From positions 14,129 to 78,128 of the forward strand of contig JAYOBJ010000004.1 in NCBI GenBank assembly GCA_038104845.1: a DNA stretch of 64,000 nt. Reading direction: 5' to 3'. Origin of the DNA: Methanobacteriota archaeon. GTDB taxonomy: Archaea; Thermoplasmatota; Poseidoniia; Poseidoniales; Poseidoniaceae. Positions within the stretch are counted from its first letter, which is position 1; every line of letters begins with the position of its first letter. Below, piece by piece: positions 28,451 to 38,812 of the stretch. The notes under the pieces were generated by a model. That model had not been told where the DNA came from. It ran no database searches and saw only the letters and a program-made list of their open reading frames with translations. The position numbers were made by a program, and so were the translations under genes.

Positions 28451-29419
28451 ATGGGGCTCCGTCGTGGCAAGAAATCCAAGAGCGCTGGGAACGACCAACC
28501 GTTGCCACCTGCGCCTCTGCCGATGCCCGGTCAGCTTCCCCCAATGCCCCTTCCTGGAGAAATGCCCGCGCCGTTGCCAGCTGCGCCAGCCCCACCCGCA
28601 GTGACCGCACCGAGTGAACCCCTTCCTCTGCCTGTGGCTCCAATGCCTGAGGCAGCACCATCCTCCCTGTCCGACAAGGTGGAATCATCGGAATACGGGG
28701 CGCTCTGGGCCAAACGCTCTGAAAAGCCGCTGCAGCAGATCTACGGCCACATTGACCGCATCAGCAATCAAGAAGCAGGCTCCCTCCTCGACCGGTACGC
28801 TGACAGGTTTGGTCATTCACTGGACCGTGAAATCATCGTGATGCGTAAGGCATCGCTTGAGGAAAAGCAGGCCGAACTTCGGGAAGCGCCAACGGTTGAA
28901 TTGATCGGCGAAGACGAACCAACAGCCGAACTCACGCCCGCTGAGGAATTGAAGGCCGTGGAGGCCGAACTTCGTCAACTCAAACCGTTGTACCAAGCAG
29001 CCAAAGCCAGCGGGGATGCCGCATCCCTGGCCGAACTCAAGCCTGTTCTTCAGGAATTGATGAATCGGCGAAAGGAGCTGAAGGGTGGTCAAGCAGCCAG
29101 TGCTCCGACCGTTGCTGAAGCCGTCCCCGAAGATGAGATGGGCGCGTTGTTCGAGCGCTTCGTTCACCTCGCCAACGATTTGCTGGGCGATCACCTCCCC
29201 GAAGCCATCGTGAACGAATTCATGAACAGCCCAGGGTTTGAACTGCTGAAGACCGTCCATGCCGCACCGACTGAAACCTCCGACAGTGTGCGTTCCGAAT
29301 TTTACGCCATGGTGGATGACCTGCTCGGGAACATGTCCGAGGCATCCATCAACGCCTTCGTGGCATCGCCAGATTTCGACATCTACCGACAAGTCGGTGA
29401 AGCATACAAAGGAGCGTGA
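28451..29419 (+). CDS. proline-rich / coiled-coil hypothetical protein
   Basis: N-terminal MGLRRGKKSK, a PxxP-rich segment (LPPAPLPMPGQLPPMPLPGEMPAPLP), then a helical region. GTG alternative at 28442. Stop overlaps the next gene. Confidence 0.5.
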   Translation: MGLRRGKKSKSAGNDQPLPPAPLPMPGQLPPMPLPGEMPAPLPAAPAPPAVTAPSEPLPLPVAPMPEAAPSSLSDKVESSEYGALWAKRSEKPLQQIYGHIDRISNQEAGSLLDRYADRFGHSLDREIIVMRKASLEEKQAELREAPTVELIGEDEPTAELTPAEELKAVEAELRQLKPLYQAAKASGDAASLAELKPVLQELMNRRKELKGGQAASAPTVAEAVPEDEMGALFERFVHLANDLLGDHLPEAIVNEFMNSPGFELLKTVHAAPTETSDSVRSEFYAMVDDLLGNMSEASINAFVASPDFDIYRQVGEAYKGA

Positions 29420-30276
29420 AAGACATGGGATTGCTCGATAAAGCAGCGGCAGCAGGTGGAAACGAAACGGCCGCGGCCAAGCCAAAGCCCGTTGAAGTGA
29501 CGACGCCCAAAACAGTTGCCAAGGCTGCGGCCAAGGCCAAACCCGTCGCTAAGGCTGCCAAGGCGGCGAAGGTCAAGGCCCCTCGGGCACGACCTGCCGG
29601 TCTTTCCGAAGACTACGAACTCGCCTCAAACATGAATCGACGCATTTCATGGTTGGTCAATTTCATCGTGAATTTCGGTGTGCTCTTTGCTGCTATTTTC
29701 ATTGCGGCGGGGGACACCGGTGTCGTCACGACCATCTTGTTCGCTGTGAGCGGTGGCATCATCATCATCAACGTGATCTTCATTCCAATGAAGTTCAGCC
29801 GAAACATTGGGCAATTTGTCTCGCGCACCAAATTTGTTCGAGGTGACGGTAAAAACCCCCTCTTTCTTCACGGAATCCTCGTGAACTCAACCGGTCTTGC
29901 CGCTCTGATCGGCGTCATCATGATTGCAACGCAATTCCAGAAATTGTCCGAAGAGGACAACACAACGGCGATCATTCTCTTCTCACTGGGTGCTGTGTTC
30001 CTCATTCTGTGGTTCATCGACCGGTTCTTGCGCAACGGCAGTGAGATGAGTCAGGGCCTCTATGACCTGCTGTTTGGTGCTTATTTGGTGAAGTACGTGC
30101 CCTCCGAAGAGGAACGCGCCACCGGCATCTGGGCCCGTCTCGAAAACATGGGGAACTTTGGTGACCAACTCCTTGAGCGCCAAGAAAAGCGCGCGGCCAA
30201 AGCAGCCGAAAAGGCCGCCAAGGCTGAAGAAAAAGCGGTTGAGAACGAAGCCTCAAGTGAAGAACCAACCGAGTGA
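29416..30276 (+). CDS. RDD-family membrane protein with Lys/Ala-rich termini
   Basis: Three TM segments and a C-terminal GLYDLLFGAYLV motif typical of the RDD family; AKAAK repeats at both ends. Confidence 0.6.
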   Translation: MKDMGLLDKAAAAGGNETAAAKPKPVEVTTPKTVAKAAAKAKPVAKAAKAAKVKAPRARPAGLSEDYELASNMNRRISWLVNFIVNFGVLFAAIFIAAGDTGVVTTILFAVSGGIIIINVIFIPMKFSRNIGQFVSRTKFVRGDGKNPLFLHGILVNSTGLAALIGVIMIATQFQKLSEEDNTTAIILFSLGAVFLILWFIDRFLRNGSEMSQGLYDLLFGAYLVKYVPSEEERATGIWARLENMGNFGDQLLERQEKRAAKAAEKAAKAEEKAVENEASSEEPTE

Positions 30277-31262
30277 ACCGCATGAGCGGAACGCCCATTC
30301 CCCCACACGGGTGTGAAATCGGTCTCTTCGCCATCCTCGGCGTGCCCCTGTCGCTTGTTTTTGGGGTAGGTGCTTTGCTTGGGGTGCTGGTCCTCTACGT
30401 TCTCTGGTTGTTGTACATCACAACCATGGCTCGCCTGTCCTTTCGTGCCCCTTCGAAGCGAAAACCGCCGATTAAAGATGCTTTCTGGCAAGCAGTGGAT
30501 GTGTCAACCCGGCTTGGTGAAATCCGCTTCTATCGGTCACCCACCCGGCCCAACGCCGACACAGCGATTCTGGTTCATGGATGGAGTTCGGGAGCAACGC
30601 GCATGACAGGCCGGGCGAAAGCGTTCAACGATGCTGGCCTCAACACCATTTTGGTGGACTTGCCGAGCCATGGGGCCTCGGCCTCGCTTCGGTATTGGTC
30701 CGCCGAAGGGTCCGTGTCCATGCTGATCGAAGGGTTGAATCGACTCAACCAACAGTCACCCGAGCATTTCGGGCAGCGATTGTTCTATTTCGGACACAGC
30801 ATGGGTGGATTCGTCGGTCTTCGTTTGAGCAAACGGCGTGGCGAATTGGACCTCGACGGGGTTTGGTCAGGATGGGTCATGGAATCCCCCATGACAGGTT
30901 ACAGCGAAATCTTTGATGAAACATGCCGCTTGCTTCGACTCCCACAGCTGTTTCGATGGTCGCTCGAAACTCGGGTGTTGAGAAAATTCCGCGCCCTCAA
31001 CCCTCAGAGCGATGTGCGGTGCTTGAGGGATGCCGACATGCCCGTTTGGGGGACCTTGACTGAACCAACGTTGTTGGTGCAAGCCGCCAACGATGAGCGG
31101 TTGGGAAATACGCATCACGAACGCCTGGTGGGCGAAATGATACGCTCCTCCTCGGTTCCGTTTGAGGCCCACATGCTCGATACATTGACCCATTCCGGGG
31201 CGCACGACCATGTTGAGCGTCACGCTCTGGTGGCATCTTGGTTGACCGCTCAAACCTCGTGA
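30273..31262 (+). CDS. membrane-anchored alpha/beta-hydrolase
   Basis: N-terminal TM helix, oxyanion region ILVHGW, and nucleophile elbow GHSMGG. Confidence 0.75.
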   Translation: MNRMSGTPIPPHGCEIGLFAILGVPLSLVFGVGALLGVLVLYVLWLLYITTMARLSFRAPSKRKPPIKDAFWQAVDVSTRLGEIRFYRSPTRPNADTAILVHGWSSGATRMTGRAKAFNDAGLNTILVDLPSHGASASLRYWSAEGSVSMLIEGLNRLNQQSPEHFGQRLFYFGHSMGGFVGLRLSKRRGELDLDGVWSGWVMESPMTGYSEIFDETCRLLRLPQLFRWSLETRVLRKFRALNPQSDVRCLRDADMPVWGTLTEPTLLVQAANDERLGNTHHERLVGEMIRSSSVPFEAHMLDTLTHSGAHDHVERHALVASWLTAQTS

Positions 31263-32341
31263 TGTTGGCCCGATGCTTGCTGCTTGGCCAGTTCCCTCAT
31301 GTCCTCAACTTCATCAAGTTCGTCAACGATTTCTTTGCCCAGCAAGGTTTCCATCACGTCTTCCATGGTAAGGATGCCTGACGTTCCTCCAAACTGGTCC
31401 TGGACCAGAGCGAATTGCTGTCGGTTCACCAAGAACACATCCAAGGCTTCTTCAATCGTGGTGCCCAAGTTGATGGTCAGGATGGGTTTCATCATGGATT
31501 TGAGGGTGGTGTCCCACTCGTCACGACTGGCTGCCATGAGGATGTCAGAACGGATGACAAGCCCCAGTACGTTGTCGATGTGATCATCGAAAACAGGGAT
31601 TCTGGAGAACCGTAGGATGGAATGTTCGTCAAGAACTTGCTTGACGGTGGCTTCTGCGTCATAGGCGCTGACCACGACACGTGGCGTCATCTCCTCATCG
31701 ACGAGGATGTCTCGAAGGCGCAACAAGTTGTGAATCACAGTTTCTTCAGATTCCTCCAGCGCCCCCTCAATCTCACCAAGGTCCGCCATCAAGGCCACAT
31801 CATCACGGGTCACCATGTTGACGTCGCCCTTGGGGAGCACCGATTTGAGCACCTGAATGGGGCCGATGAGCCAAAACAAGAACTTGGTCATGAAGGACAG
31901 GACGTAAGCGGCGGGCGTGGACAAACGCTTCCAATATGCCGTGCCAAGGGTTTTGGGGATGATTTCGGACAAGAACAGGACGGCGATGGTGAGGATGAAT
32001 GAGGCAATGGTTAACCATTCAGACCCCCAAATGTTCTGCACCTCACTCCCAACCCCTGCTGCCCCCATGGTGTGGGCGATCGTGTTGAGCGTCAAAATCG
32101 CCGTGAGTGGACGCACCGAGTCATCGTCTTTGAGATGGGCCCACATCGATGCTGTCTTCCGACCGTCCGCCTCCAGCATGGCGACGTGGGTCTGCGGCAT
32201 GGAGAGCACAATGGCTTCCAAAATTGAGCACAGAAACGACACGCCGAGGGCCAAGGAGAGGTAAAAAATGAGGAGGGTCAAATCACCGCTTCCGGTGGAT
32301 TCGCCTGCAGGTAATGTCGCAGCCATGGCGTTGTTGAGCAT
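31250..32341 (-). CDS. CNNM/CorC-family transporter (DUF21 + CBS pair + CorC_HlyC)
   Basis: DUF21 TM domain (EIIPKTLG), CBS pair, and C-terminal transporter-associated domain. Start chosen at the internal ATG; the ORF extends to 32383. Confidence 0.8.
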   Translation of the reverse strand: MLNNAMAATLPAGESTGSGDLTLLIFYLSLALGVSFLCSILEAIVLSMPQTHVAMLEADGRKTASMWAHLKDDDSVRPLTAILTLNTIAHTMGAAGVGSEVQNIWGSEWLTIASFILTIAVLFLSEIIPKTLGTAYWKRLSTPAAYVLSFMTKFLFWLIGPIQVLKSVLPKGDVNMVTRDDVALMADLGEIEGALEESEETVIHNLLRLRDILVDEEMTPRVVVSAYDAEATVKQVLDEHSILRFSRIPVFDDHIDNVLGLVIRSDILMAASRDEWDTTLKSMMKPILTINLGTTIEEALDVFLVNRQQFALVQDQFGGTSGILTMEDVMETLLGKEIVDELDEVEDMRELAKQQASGQHHEV

Positions 32342-32487
32342 AGCGTGAGCAGAACCCCTGTCCAGTTGGAACAACCACACCAAGCGATTGGGGTTCTTGA
32401 AAATGACGCTGCCGAGAACCGTGAAGAGCGTTGTTGAAATTGTGGGTGAACCTCAAGAAGGGCGTGCAGTTGGAAGGGTCGTTGAAC

Positions 32488-34740
32488 ATGCCCGATGAGC
32501 ACGTGTTGATTTGCGTGGCTTGGCCGTACGCCAACGGTCCGCTGCACTTGGGTCACGTGGCGGGGTGCTACTTGCCCCCTGACATTCATTATCGGTTTGA
32601 AGTGGCCCGAGGCAACCGTGTGTTGATGGTGTCGGGTTCGGACGAGCACGGTACGCCCATCACCGTCACGGCCGAACAGAACGGTGAATCCCCGCAGGAT
32701 GTTGTCGATCGGTTCCATGCCATCAATCGACAGGCCTTGCTTGATTTGGGCTGCGGATGGGCCAATCAAGCCGATCATCGAGGTGTGGCCTTCGGTGGTG
32801 CCCTGTTCAACCGGACCAGCGACCAGCGCCATTGCGCAAGGGTGCAGGACAATTTCAAACGCTTGTACGATGCTGGATTTTTTGAGCAGCGTTCGATGGA
32901 ACAATACTACGAACACCATCCCGACGGTGGCGGTCGTTTTCTTCCAGACCGCTACATCGAGGGCGTATGTCCGGCCTGCGACACCGACGGTGCCCGTGGT
33001 GACCAATGCGATGCGTGCGGAGCCACGTACGAAGCCGTGGAGCTGAAATCCCCGACCTCCAAAATGAACCCGTCGTACCGGGTGTCGATCCAAGAAACGG
33101 AGCATCTCTTTTACCGGTTGGATGCCTTCCAAGACCTGCTGCAATCGCATGCCGCTCAACAACATCGCCAATGGAAACCCAACGTTCGAGCGATGACCAA
33201 ACAGTGGCTCGACATGGGTTTGCGTCCACGAGCGGTGACGCGTGACCTCGCATGGGGCATTGGCGTGCCGCTTGAAGGTGAGGATTGGGCCAACAAGTGC
33301 ATTTACGTCTGGTTCGAGGCGGTTCAAGGCTACCTCACGTGTGCTCAAATTTGGGCTGAGGACCATGCCGGTGCCCACCCCGACGGTGCTGAGGCATGGC
33401 GGCGGTGGTGGTGCGTCGACGACCAAGGCAACGTGCCACGGCATCTTTACTTCCTCGGAAAGGACAACATTCCCTTCCACACCGTGATTTGGCCATCGCT
33501 GTTGCTTGGATTGAACGCCGCAGCGGGTGGGAAAACCGCCGATGATGCGCTTGCGTTGCCCGGACCCGGTGACCTGGCGCTCGAGCACAACGTGCCCGCC
33601 ATGGAATACCTCATGTTGGCCGGGGGCCAATTTTCGAAATCAAGGAAACATGCTGTGTGGCTCCCATCGTTTTTGGAGCGGTATGACCCCGATACGCTCA
33701 GGTATTACCTGAGCATCAACATGCCCGAACAGCACGACACCGATTTCAATTGGCCAGAGTTTGTTGAACGGGTGAACAGCGAACTCATCGCAGCCTACGG
33801 CAATTTTGTTCACCGCGTGCTGACCCTTGGTGCCCGACTGCCGGTGGTTGGATCCTCACCGTTCACACCGTACGACAGCCATGAAGGTATGACGGCCCAT
33901 CAAGAACACGTGGAGGGTTTGTACAACCAAGCCACGGCTTCACTCGAGGCGCACCGTTACAAGGAATCCTTGCGTCATTTGATGAGCATCGCTCAGTACG
34001 GCAATCAAATCCTGCAGGCAGCAGCACCATGGAAGCACCTGAAGGAACGCGGCCAAGGGCACGAGGTCAGCCTCGGCACCTTGGCGTTTTGCTGGCGCTT
34101 GGCTCGCACCCTTGCCATCGGCTTGCAACCCTTCCTTCCATCCAGTTCACAACGCCTCTGGTCGATGATGGGCCTTGACGGCCAGGTTGAACACCGGGGT
34201 TGGGACGAGGCCACCGATTGGTCTGCGCCACTGAACTGGTCCAGTGAACCTCCACGCCCGTTGTTTGAACGGCTTGACTTGGAGGCCATCTTGGCGGTCG
34301 AAACGGGACTGATTGAAGATGAACCACAACACGATTCGCCCGCCGTTCACGGCGTGAAAGGTGGAAAAAAATCCGGAGGAAAACACGTGAAAGAAGTTGA
34401 GGAGGGTGTGGTCCACCTGAATTTTGAAGATTTTGTCAAGGTGAAGTTGAAGGTGGGTCGAATTGCCTCGGTTGAAGACCATCCAAACGCCGACAAGCTC
34501 TACGTTGTTCGGCTGGACGACGGAACGGCTGATGGCCGAACCATCTGCGCCGGGCTGAAAGCGCACTATTCCATGGATGAATTGGCCGGAAAGTCCGTGG
34601 TGTTCGTCGCCAACCTCGCACCCCGAAAACTTCGGGGCGTGATGTCCGAGGGCATGATGCTCGCCGCTGACGATGGTGAGGGCAGCGTACGGTTGATCAC
34701 CGTGGACGGTGAGATCGCCTCGGGTTCGGACGTTCGCTGA
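32488..34740 (+). CDS. metG: methionyl-tRNA synthetase with a C-terminal EMAPII-like tRNA-binding domain
   Basis: HIGH motif as PLHLGHVAG, KMSKS variant GQFSKSRKHAVW, a Cys-rich zinc knuckle (CPACD...CDACG), and a C-terminal OB-fold (KLKVGRIASVEDHPNADKLYVV). Confidence 0.9.
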   Translation: MPDEHVLICVAWPYANGPLHLGHVAGCYLPPDIHYRFEVARGNRVLMVSGSDEHGTPITVTAEQNGESPQDVVDRFHAINRQALLDLGCGWANQADHRGVAFGGALFNRTSDQRHCARVQDNFKRLYDAGFFEQRSMEQYYEHHPDGGGRFLPDRYIEGVCPACDTDGARGDQCDACGATYEAVELKSPTSKMNPSYRVSIQETEHLFYRLDAFQDLLQSHAAQQHRQWKPNVRAMTKQWLDMGLRPRAVTRDLAWGIGVPLEGEDWANKCIYVWFEAVQGYLTCAQIWAEDHAGAHPDGAEAWRRWWCVDDQGNVPRHLYFLGKDNIPFHTVIWPSLLLGLNAAAGGKTADDALALPGPGDLALEHNVPAMEYLMLAGGQFSKSRKHAVWLPSFLERYDPDTLRYYLSINMPEQHDTDFNWPEFVERVNSELIAAYGNFVHRVLTLGARLPVVGSSPFTPYDSHEGMTAHQEHVEGLYNQATASLEAHRYKESLRHLMSIAQYGNQILQAAAPWKHLKERGQGHEVSLGTLAFCWRLARTLAIGLQPFLPSSSQRLWSMMGLDGQVEHRGWDEATDWSAPLNWSSEPPRPLFERLDLEAILAVETGLIEDEPQHDSPAVHGVKGGKKSGGKHVKEVEEGVVHLNFEDFVKVKLKVGRIASVEDHPNADKLYVVRLDDGTADGRTICAGLKAHYSMDELAGKSVVFVANLAPRKLRGVMSEGMMLAADDGEGSVRLITVDGEIASGSDVR

Positions 34741-34743
34741 CCA

Positions 34744-35373
34744 TCAAGCGCCCAGCCGCTCACGGACGGCATCCATCACCTGTCGCCCATCGGTTCGCAC
34801 CTGTTCTCGAATGCCGTCCAGTTGGTCACGCATGCTGGTGCCCATGTCGTCGGGCAAGCTGGCCAAGTTGATGTCAACGTTGAACAAAGCGCCTTTGGCG
34901 GCGGCACTGGCCAGCAATCCTGCCACCCCGACATCCGATGCGGCGTTTCCGTTGCCTTTGAGGGCAAGTTCTGGAAGCAGCCTCAGCAAGTCGGCGGCTT
35001 TTTGTGCTGTTTCGAAGGGAATCTCTGCAGCGTGCAACGTGGCCGCTCGAATCGCTGTTCGACGTGCAGCCACCTCAGTTTCATTGTTTTTTGGAAGTTT
35101 GAACGCGGCCATCACCTGGTCAAAGGCTTCACTGTCCTGTTGAGCCAAATCGCCCGAGACACGCATCAATGGAATAGCTGCGGTTTGAACACGCTCTGCG
35201 ATGGACCAGCCATCCGACCATTTCTCATTGTTGAGGGTTAAATCGGCCACCATAATGCTCAGTGCAGAGGCTTGACCGAGGGCGACCGCAGCGGCGGTAC
35301 CGCCGCCGGGCGTGGGTGAGGAAGAAGCCAGCGCAGCCAAAAAATCCCGTTGGGTCATCTCCATCCAGTTCAT
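34744..35373 (-). CDS. formimino-/methenyl-tetrahydrofolate cyclodeaminase (FtcD C-domain-like / FchA)
   Basis: FLAALASSSPTPGGGTAAAVALGQASALSIMV is the classic cyclodeaminase/cyclohydrolase signature. The start sits within a few codons of the upstream gene stop. Confidence 0.8.
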   Translation of the reverse strand: MNWMEMTQRDFLAALASSSPTPGGGTAAAVALGQASALSIMVADLTLNNEKWSDGWSIAERVQTAAIPLMRVSGDLAQQDSEAFDQVMAAFKLPKNNETEVAARRTAIRAATLHAAEIPFETAQKAADLLRLLPELALKGNGNAASDVGVAGLLASAAAKGALFNVDINLASLPDDMGTSMRDQLDGIREQVRTDGRQVMDAVRERLGA

Positions 35374-36422
35374 GCGTTCAACCCCTGAATGGCCCACTCA
35401 ATGATGCTTTCCTCGGGTTCAAACCGGTGGTGATGACGCAATCCAAGCCCGTTGATGGCCGCATTGACCAACTCGCGTTCATCGGCCGATTCGGGGAGGT
35501 AGTATCTGCCAGCAGCCAGCATGGCGTTCAGTGGAACCAGCCCAACGATTTCACTACCGGGTGTCTGCACTCCGTGGTCGCCGATGACGCTTTTCACCGT
35601 CTCATAGGCATAATGAAGCGGGCACGCTTCAACATCCAGGAGATTCATGGAAACTTGAGCGATGCCCAATTCCTCCAACGCCACCCCCATGCCCTGGACG
35701 CTCGGCAAGAGCCCTTGGGTCCTCATCCGTATTCCGGTGGGTGATTTGAGCAAACGTCCACTGGACCGCACCAGCGAACCGACTTTCTTCGCCACGGCGG
35801 CATCGCGTTCATCGACGTTGACGTTGTACGCAACAAGAATGGGCCGTGCCCCCACCGTGATGCCGCCCGAACGTGCCACCGTCTCGGACCAAGCCATGGC
35901 ACCCACATCGGGCATCATGGTGGTCGCTCCGTGGCGTTCGTTGCTCCCGTCGAACCGAGATGACAATTCCTCGTACTCGCCCTTGCGGAGGTTCGAGAGC
36001 ACCGTACGGTCCGGATGTGATGCTGCCGCACCGTACAAAAAGAGCGGGACCTCCACGGCCTCGGCAACCTGCGCCACCGTTTGACGAGCCAGTTCTGCAC
36101 ATGCCTCCATGGTGATGCCACGAAGCGGAACAAAGGGGCAGACATCAACCGCACCCAACCGAGGATGTTCGCCTTGGTGGCCCCTCATGTCGATCTCATC
36201 CACCGCAGCAAGAATCAGTGCCACCGCACCGCGTTGAACCGGTCCCGGCTCGCCTGCGAGGGTGATGACGGTTCGGTGGTAATCTCGGTCTGGTTCCACC
36301 CCAAGCACATGGCAGCCTTCAATGCCTCGTGCGGCTGAAACGATACGCCCGATCTTCTCGTCGTCTCTGCCCTCCGATATGTTGGGGACGCATTCAACCA
36401 AAACTCCTGAGTTCATGGCCAC
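35370..36422 (-). CDS. glutamate formiminotransferase (FtcD N-domain-like)
   Basis: VECVPNISEGRD N-terminal signature and formiminotransferase N-/C-subdomains. Confidence 0.85.
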   Translation of the reverse strand: MAMNSGVLVECVPNISEGRDDEKIGRIVSAARGIEGCHVLGVEPDRDYHRTVITLAGEPGPVQRGAVALILAAVDEIDMRGHQGEHPRLGAVDVCPFVPLRGITMEACAELARQTVAQVAEAVEVPLFLYGAAASHPDRTVLSNLRKGEYEELSSRFDGSNERHGATTMMPDVGAMAWSETVARSGGITVGARPILVAYNVNVDERDAAVAKKVGSLVRSSGRLLKSPTGIRMRTQGLLPSVQGMGVALEELGIAQVSMNLLDVEACPLHYAYETVKSVIGDHGVQTPGSEIVGLVPLNAMLAAGRYYLPESADERELVNAAINGLGLRHHHRFEPEESIIEWAIQGLNA

Positions 36423-36460
36423 GTGCCGGCGGCTTCAGTCAATGAACGTTGTTCAACGGT

Positions 36461-37681
36461 TCAGGAGTAAAGGCGCTCTGGACTGGTGGATGCGGTGGTT
36501 TGGGACCGCTTTTTCTCAAGGGTTGCCACGGCATCCATCATGTCCTGTTGGGTGATGGCGGACCGGCCGTCCCGAATGGCGGTCATGCCGGCCTCGACGC
36601 AGGTTGCCTTGAGTTCGGCACCAGAATACCCTCTTGTTTTCTCAACGACGCGCTGGAGGTTCAACCGCTTCGTGCTCATGGACTTCAAATGCACTTCCAG
36701 GATGGATTTCCGTGACCCATCTTCCGGGATCGGGATTTCAATCACGCGATCGAAGCGTCCGGGCCGAAGCAATGCATCGTCCAAGATGTCCGGTCGGTTG
36801 GTGGCTGCAATGATTTTGACATCCTTGAGAGCATCAAATCCATCAAGTTCAGCGAGGAGTTGCATCAACGTGCGCTGGACTTCCCGGTCACCGCTCGTGG
36901 ATCCGTCCAATCGCTTGGCACCAATGGCATCGATTTCATCGAGGAAAATGATGCTGGGCGCCTTCTCCTTGGCCAGGGAAAACAGCTCGCGGACCAGGCG
37001 CCCACCTTCCCCGATGTATTTCTGAGCCAACTCACTGCCCACCATTCGAATGAAGGTCGCATCGGTCTGGTTGGCAACGGCCTTGGCCAACAGGGTCTTG
37101 CCGCAACCGGGAGGGCCGACGAGCAGCACGCCTTTTGGCGGGGTGATGCCCACCTTTTGAAAGAGCTCAGGCTTCACAAGCGGCAATTCAATGGCTTCAC
37201 GAACAAGGGATACCTCGGTGTCCAGGCCGGCGATGTCGGCGTATGTTGTTGTGGGCTTACCAACCATTTCCGCTCCGCTCACCATGGGGTCCCATGCTTC
37301 GTGAAGGACCTCGATGACTGAGAGGCTGTCCTGATTGAGGGCGACACGAGTCCCCGGTTGGAGTTTTTCGGGATCCAAACGTTGGTTCAACGACACCTGG
37401 AACACCGTTCCGTTGGATGAGCGAACGATGGCTCGCTCATGGTCCAACACGTCTTGCAGGTGGCCGATGATGAGCGGTGGCATTTTCATGATGTTGACGT
37501 TTTCTTCGAGGCGGTCGACTTTCTTACGCAGACCTCGGATTTCTGTTTCCAACGCATTGCGTTCCGTGATCAATTGCTGCGATTCTTCCCGGAGGTCGAG
37601 CAATGAGGCTTCAAGTTGCTTGAGATCGTCCTCGGGGAGCGGGCTGACGCCAGCATCGGTCCGCTCAACATCCGTGCCCAT
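36461..37681 (-). CDS. pan: proteasome-activating nucleotidase PAN (AAA+ ATPase)
   Basis: N-terminal coiled coil, OB domain, Walker A GPPGCGKT, Walker B IIFLDEID. Start at MGTDVER; the ORF extends 32 codons upstream. Confidence 0.9.
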   Translation of the reverse strand: MGTDVERTDAGVSPLPEDDLKQLEASLLDLREESQQLITERNALETEIRGLRKKVDRLEENVNIMKMPPLIIGHLQDVLDHERAIVRSSNGTVFQVSLNQRLDPEKLQPGTRVALNQDSLSVIEVLHEAWDPMVSGAEMVGKPTTTYADIAGLDTEVSLVREAIELPLVKPELFQKVGITPPKGVLLVGPPGCGKTLLAKAVANQTDATFIRMVGSELAQKYIGEGGRLVRELFSLAKEKAPSIIFLDEIDAIGAKRLDGSTSGDREVQRTLMQLLAELDGFDALKDVKIIAATNRPDILDDALLRPGRFDRVIEIPIPEDGSRKSILEVHLKSMSTKRLNLQRVVEKTRGYSGAELKATCVEAGMTAIRDGRSAITQQDMMDAVATLEKKRSQTTASTSPERLYS

Positions 37682-37775
37682 GACCGAACCTGCCGGCGAG
37701 CATCTAAAAGAATTGACATCGCCATCGTGGTGCAGCGTCAAAGAGTTCAAAGACGGTCGTTGATGAAAATTCCCC

Positions 37776-38255
37776 ATGGGCGAATGTGAATTGTGCGGTG
37801 CCGTGAAGGTTGGAGTGCGTCAGGTGCCCATGGGGAAAACAACCGTGAGCGCTTGTTCGCGTTGCGTTGAAAAAATGAACCTTGGGCCGAAAAAGGAAGC
37901 GCCGGGGCTTGCACGAGCAAGAAACATGCGTGCAGCACCTCGTCGAGCCTCATCCACCGCCTTGATGGCTTCCGGGCCAAAGGAATTGGCCGAGGATTTC
38001 CACAAGCGAATCGCCAGCGCTCGAACGGCCCAGAACCTCTCTCAGCAGCAACTCGCCAAAAAAATGGCCGAAACCGTGAACGTGGTCAAATCGGCTGAAG
38101 CGGGCAAGCGACCGACCGACGCTGTCGTTCGCAAGTTCGAACGAATCCTGTCCATCGAACTGATGGTGGCACGCTCAGCCGAGGAAACTCGGCATGTCAC
38201 ATCCGGCCCTCAGCGCGGGATGACCTTCGGCGATTACCTCAACAATTTGGAGTGA
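37776..38255 (+). CDS. mbf1: archaeal multiprotein bridging factor 1 (zinc ribbon + HTH)
   Basis: N-terminal CELCG...CSRC ribbon and a C-terminal Cro/C1-type HTH (LSQQQLAKKMAETVNVVKSAE). Confidence 0.8.
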   Translation: MGECELCGAVKVGVRQVPMGKTTVSACSRCVEKMNLGPKKEAPGLARARNMRAAPRRASSTALMASGPKELAEDFHKRIASARTAQNLSQQQLAKKMAETVNVVKSAEAGKRPTDAVVRKFERILSIELMVARSAEETRHVTSGPQRGMTFGDYLNNLE

Positions 38256-38812
38256 AGGGTTTGGCGGTTCGTGTCCATGCCGTTTGGCTGGCGCAGGATG
38301 ACCCGAAAAAGAACACCGCCGTCCTTGCTTCAAAGCGTGGAAATCTGACCTTGCACAAGTCCCTTCGTGATGTGCCGCGTAAGGGGATCATCCTCGAACC
38401 GTTGTGCGGGAAAGTCTTCGGTCCGGAAGACCACGCGTTGCTTCTTGAACAACGGGGTTCCTTGGTCGGATTGGATTGCAGTTGGGCGCACATTGAATCC
38501 AGCGTGGACAAGGTGATGCGTCGAACACGACTCAAGCCACGCATGCTGCCCATGCTGTTGGCAGCCAACCCGGTAAATTGGGGGAAACCGGGACGTTTGA
38601 CCACAGCTGAGGCATTGGCGGCCTGCTTATACATGATGGGCGAGGATGATCAAGCACGCGAGGTGTTGGGAGCGTTCCGATGGGGTCCACGGTTCTTTGA
38701 ATTGAACCAAGAGCCCTTGGACGCCTACGCCAAAGCCACCTCCAGTGAGGAATTGGTGAACCTTCAATTCGATTTTTTTGACCTGGACCGGTCAGCATTG
38801 GAGGGTTCATGA
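38252..38812 (+). CDS. tsr3: Tsr3 (SSU rRNA aminocarboxypropyltransferase, DUF367)
   Basis: DPKKNTA...LEPLCG...GKPGRLTTAEALAACLYMMG family motifs. GTG start overlaps the mbf1 stop. Confidence 0.8.
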   Translation: MKGLAVRVHAVWLAQDDPKKNTAVLASKRGNLTLHKSLRDVPRKGIILEPLCGKVFGPEDHALLLEQRGSLVGLDCSWAHIESSVDKVMRRTRLKPRMLPMLLAANPVNWGKPGRLTTAEALAACLYMMGEDDQAREVLGAFRWGPRFFELNQEPLDAYAKATSSEELVNLQFDFFDLDRSALEGS

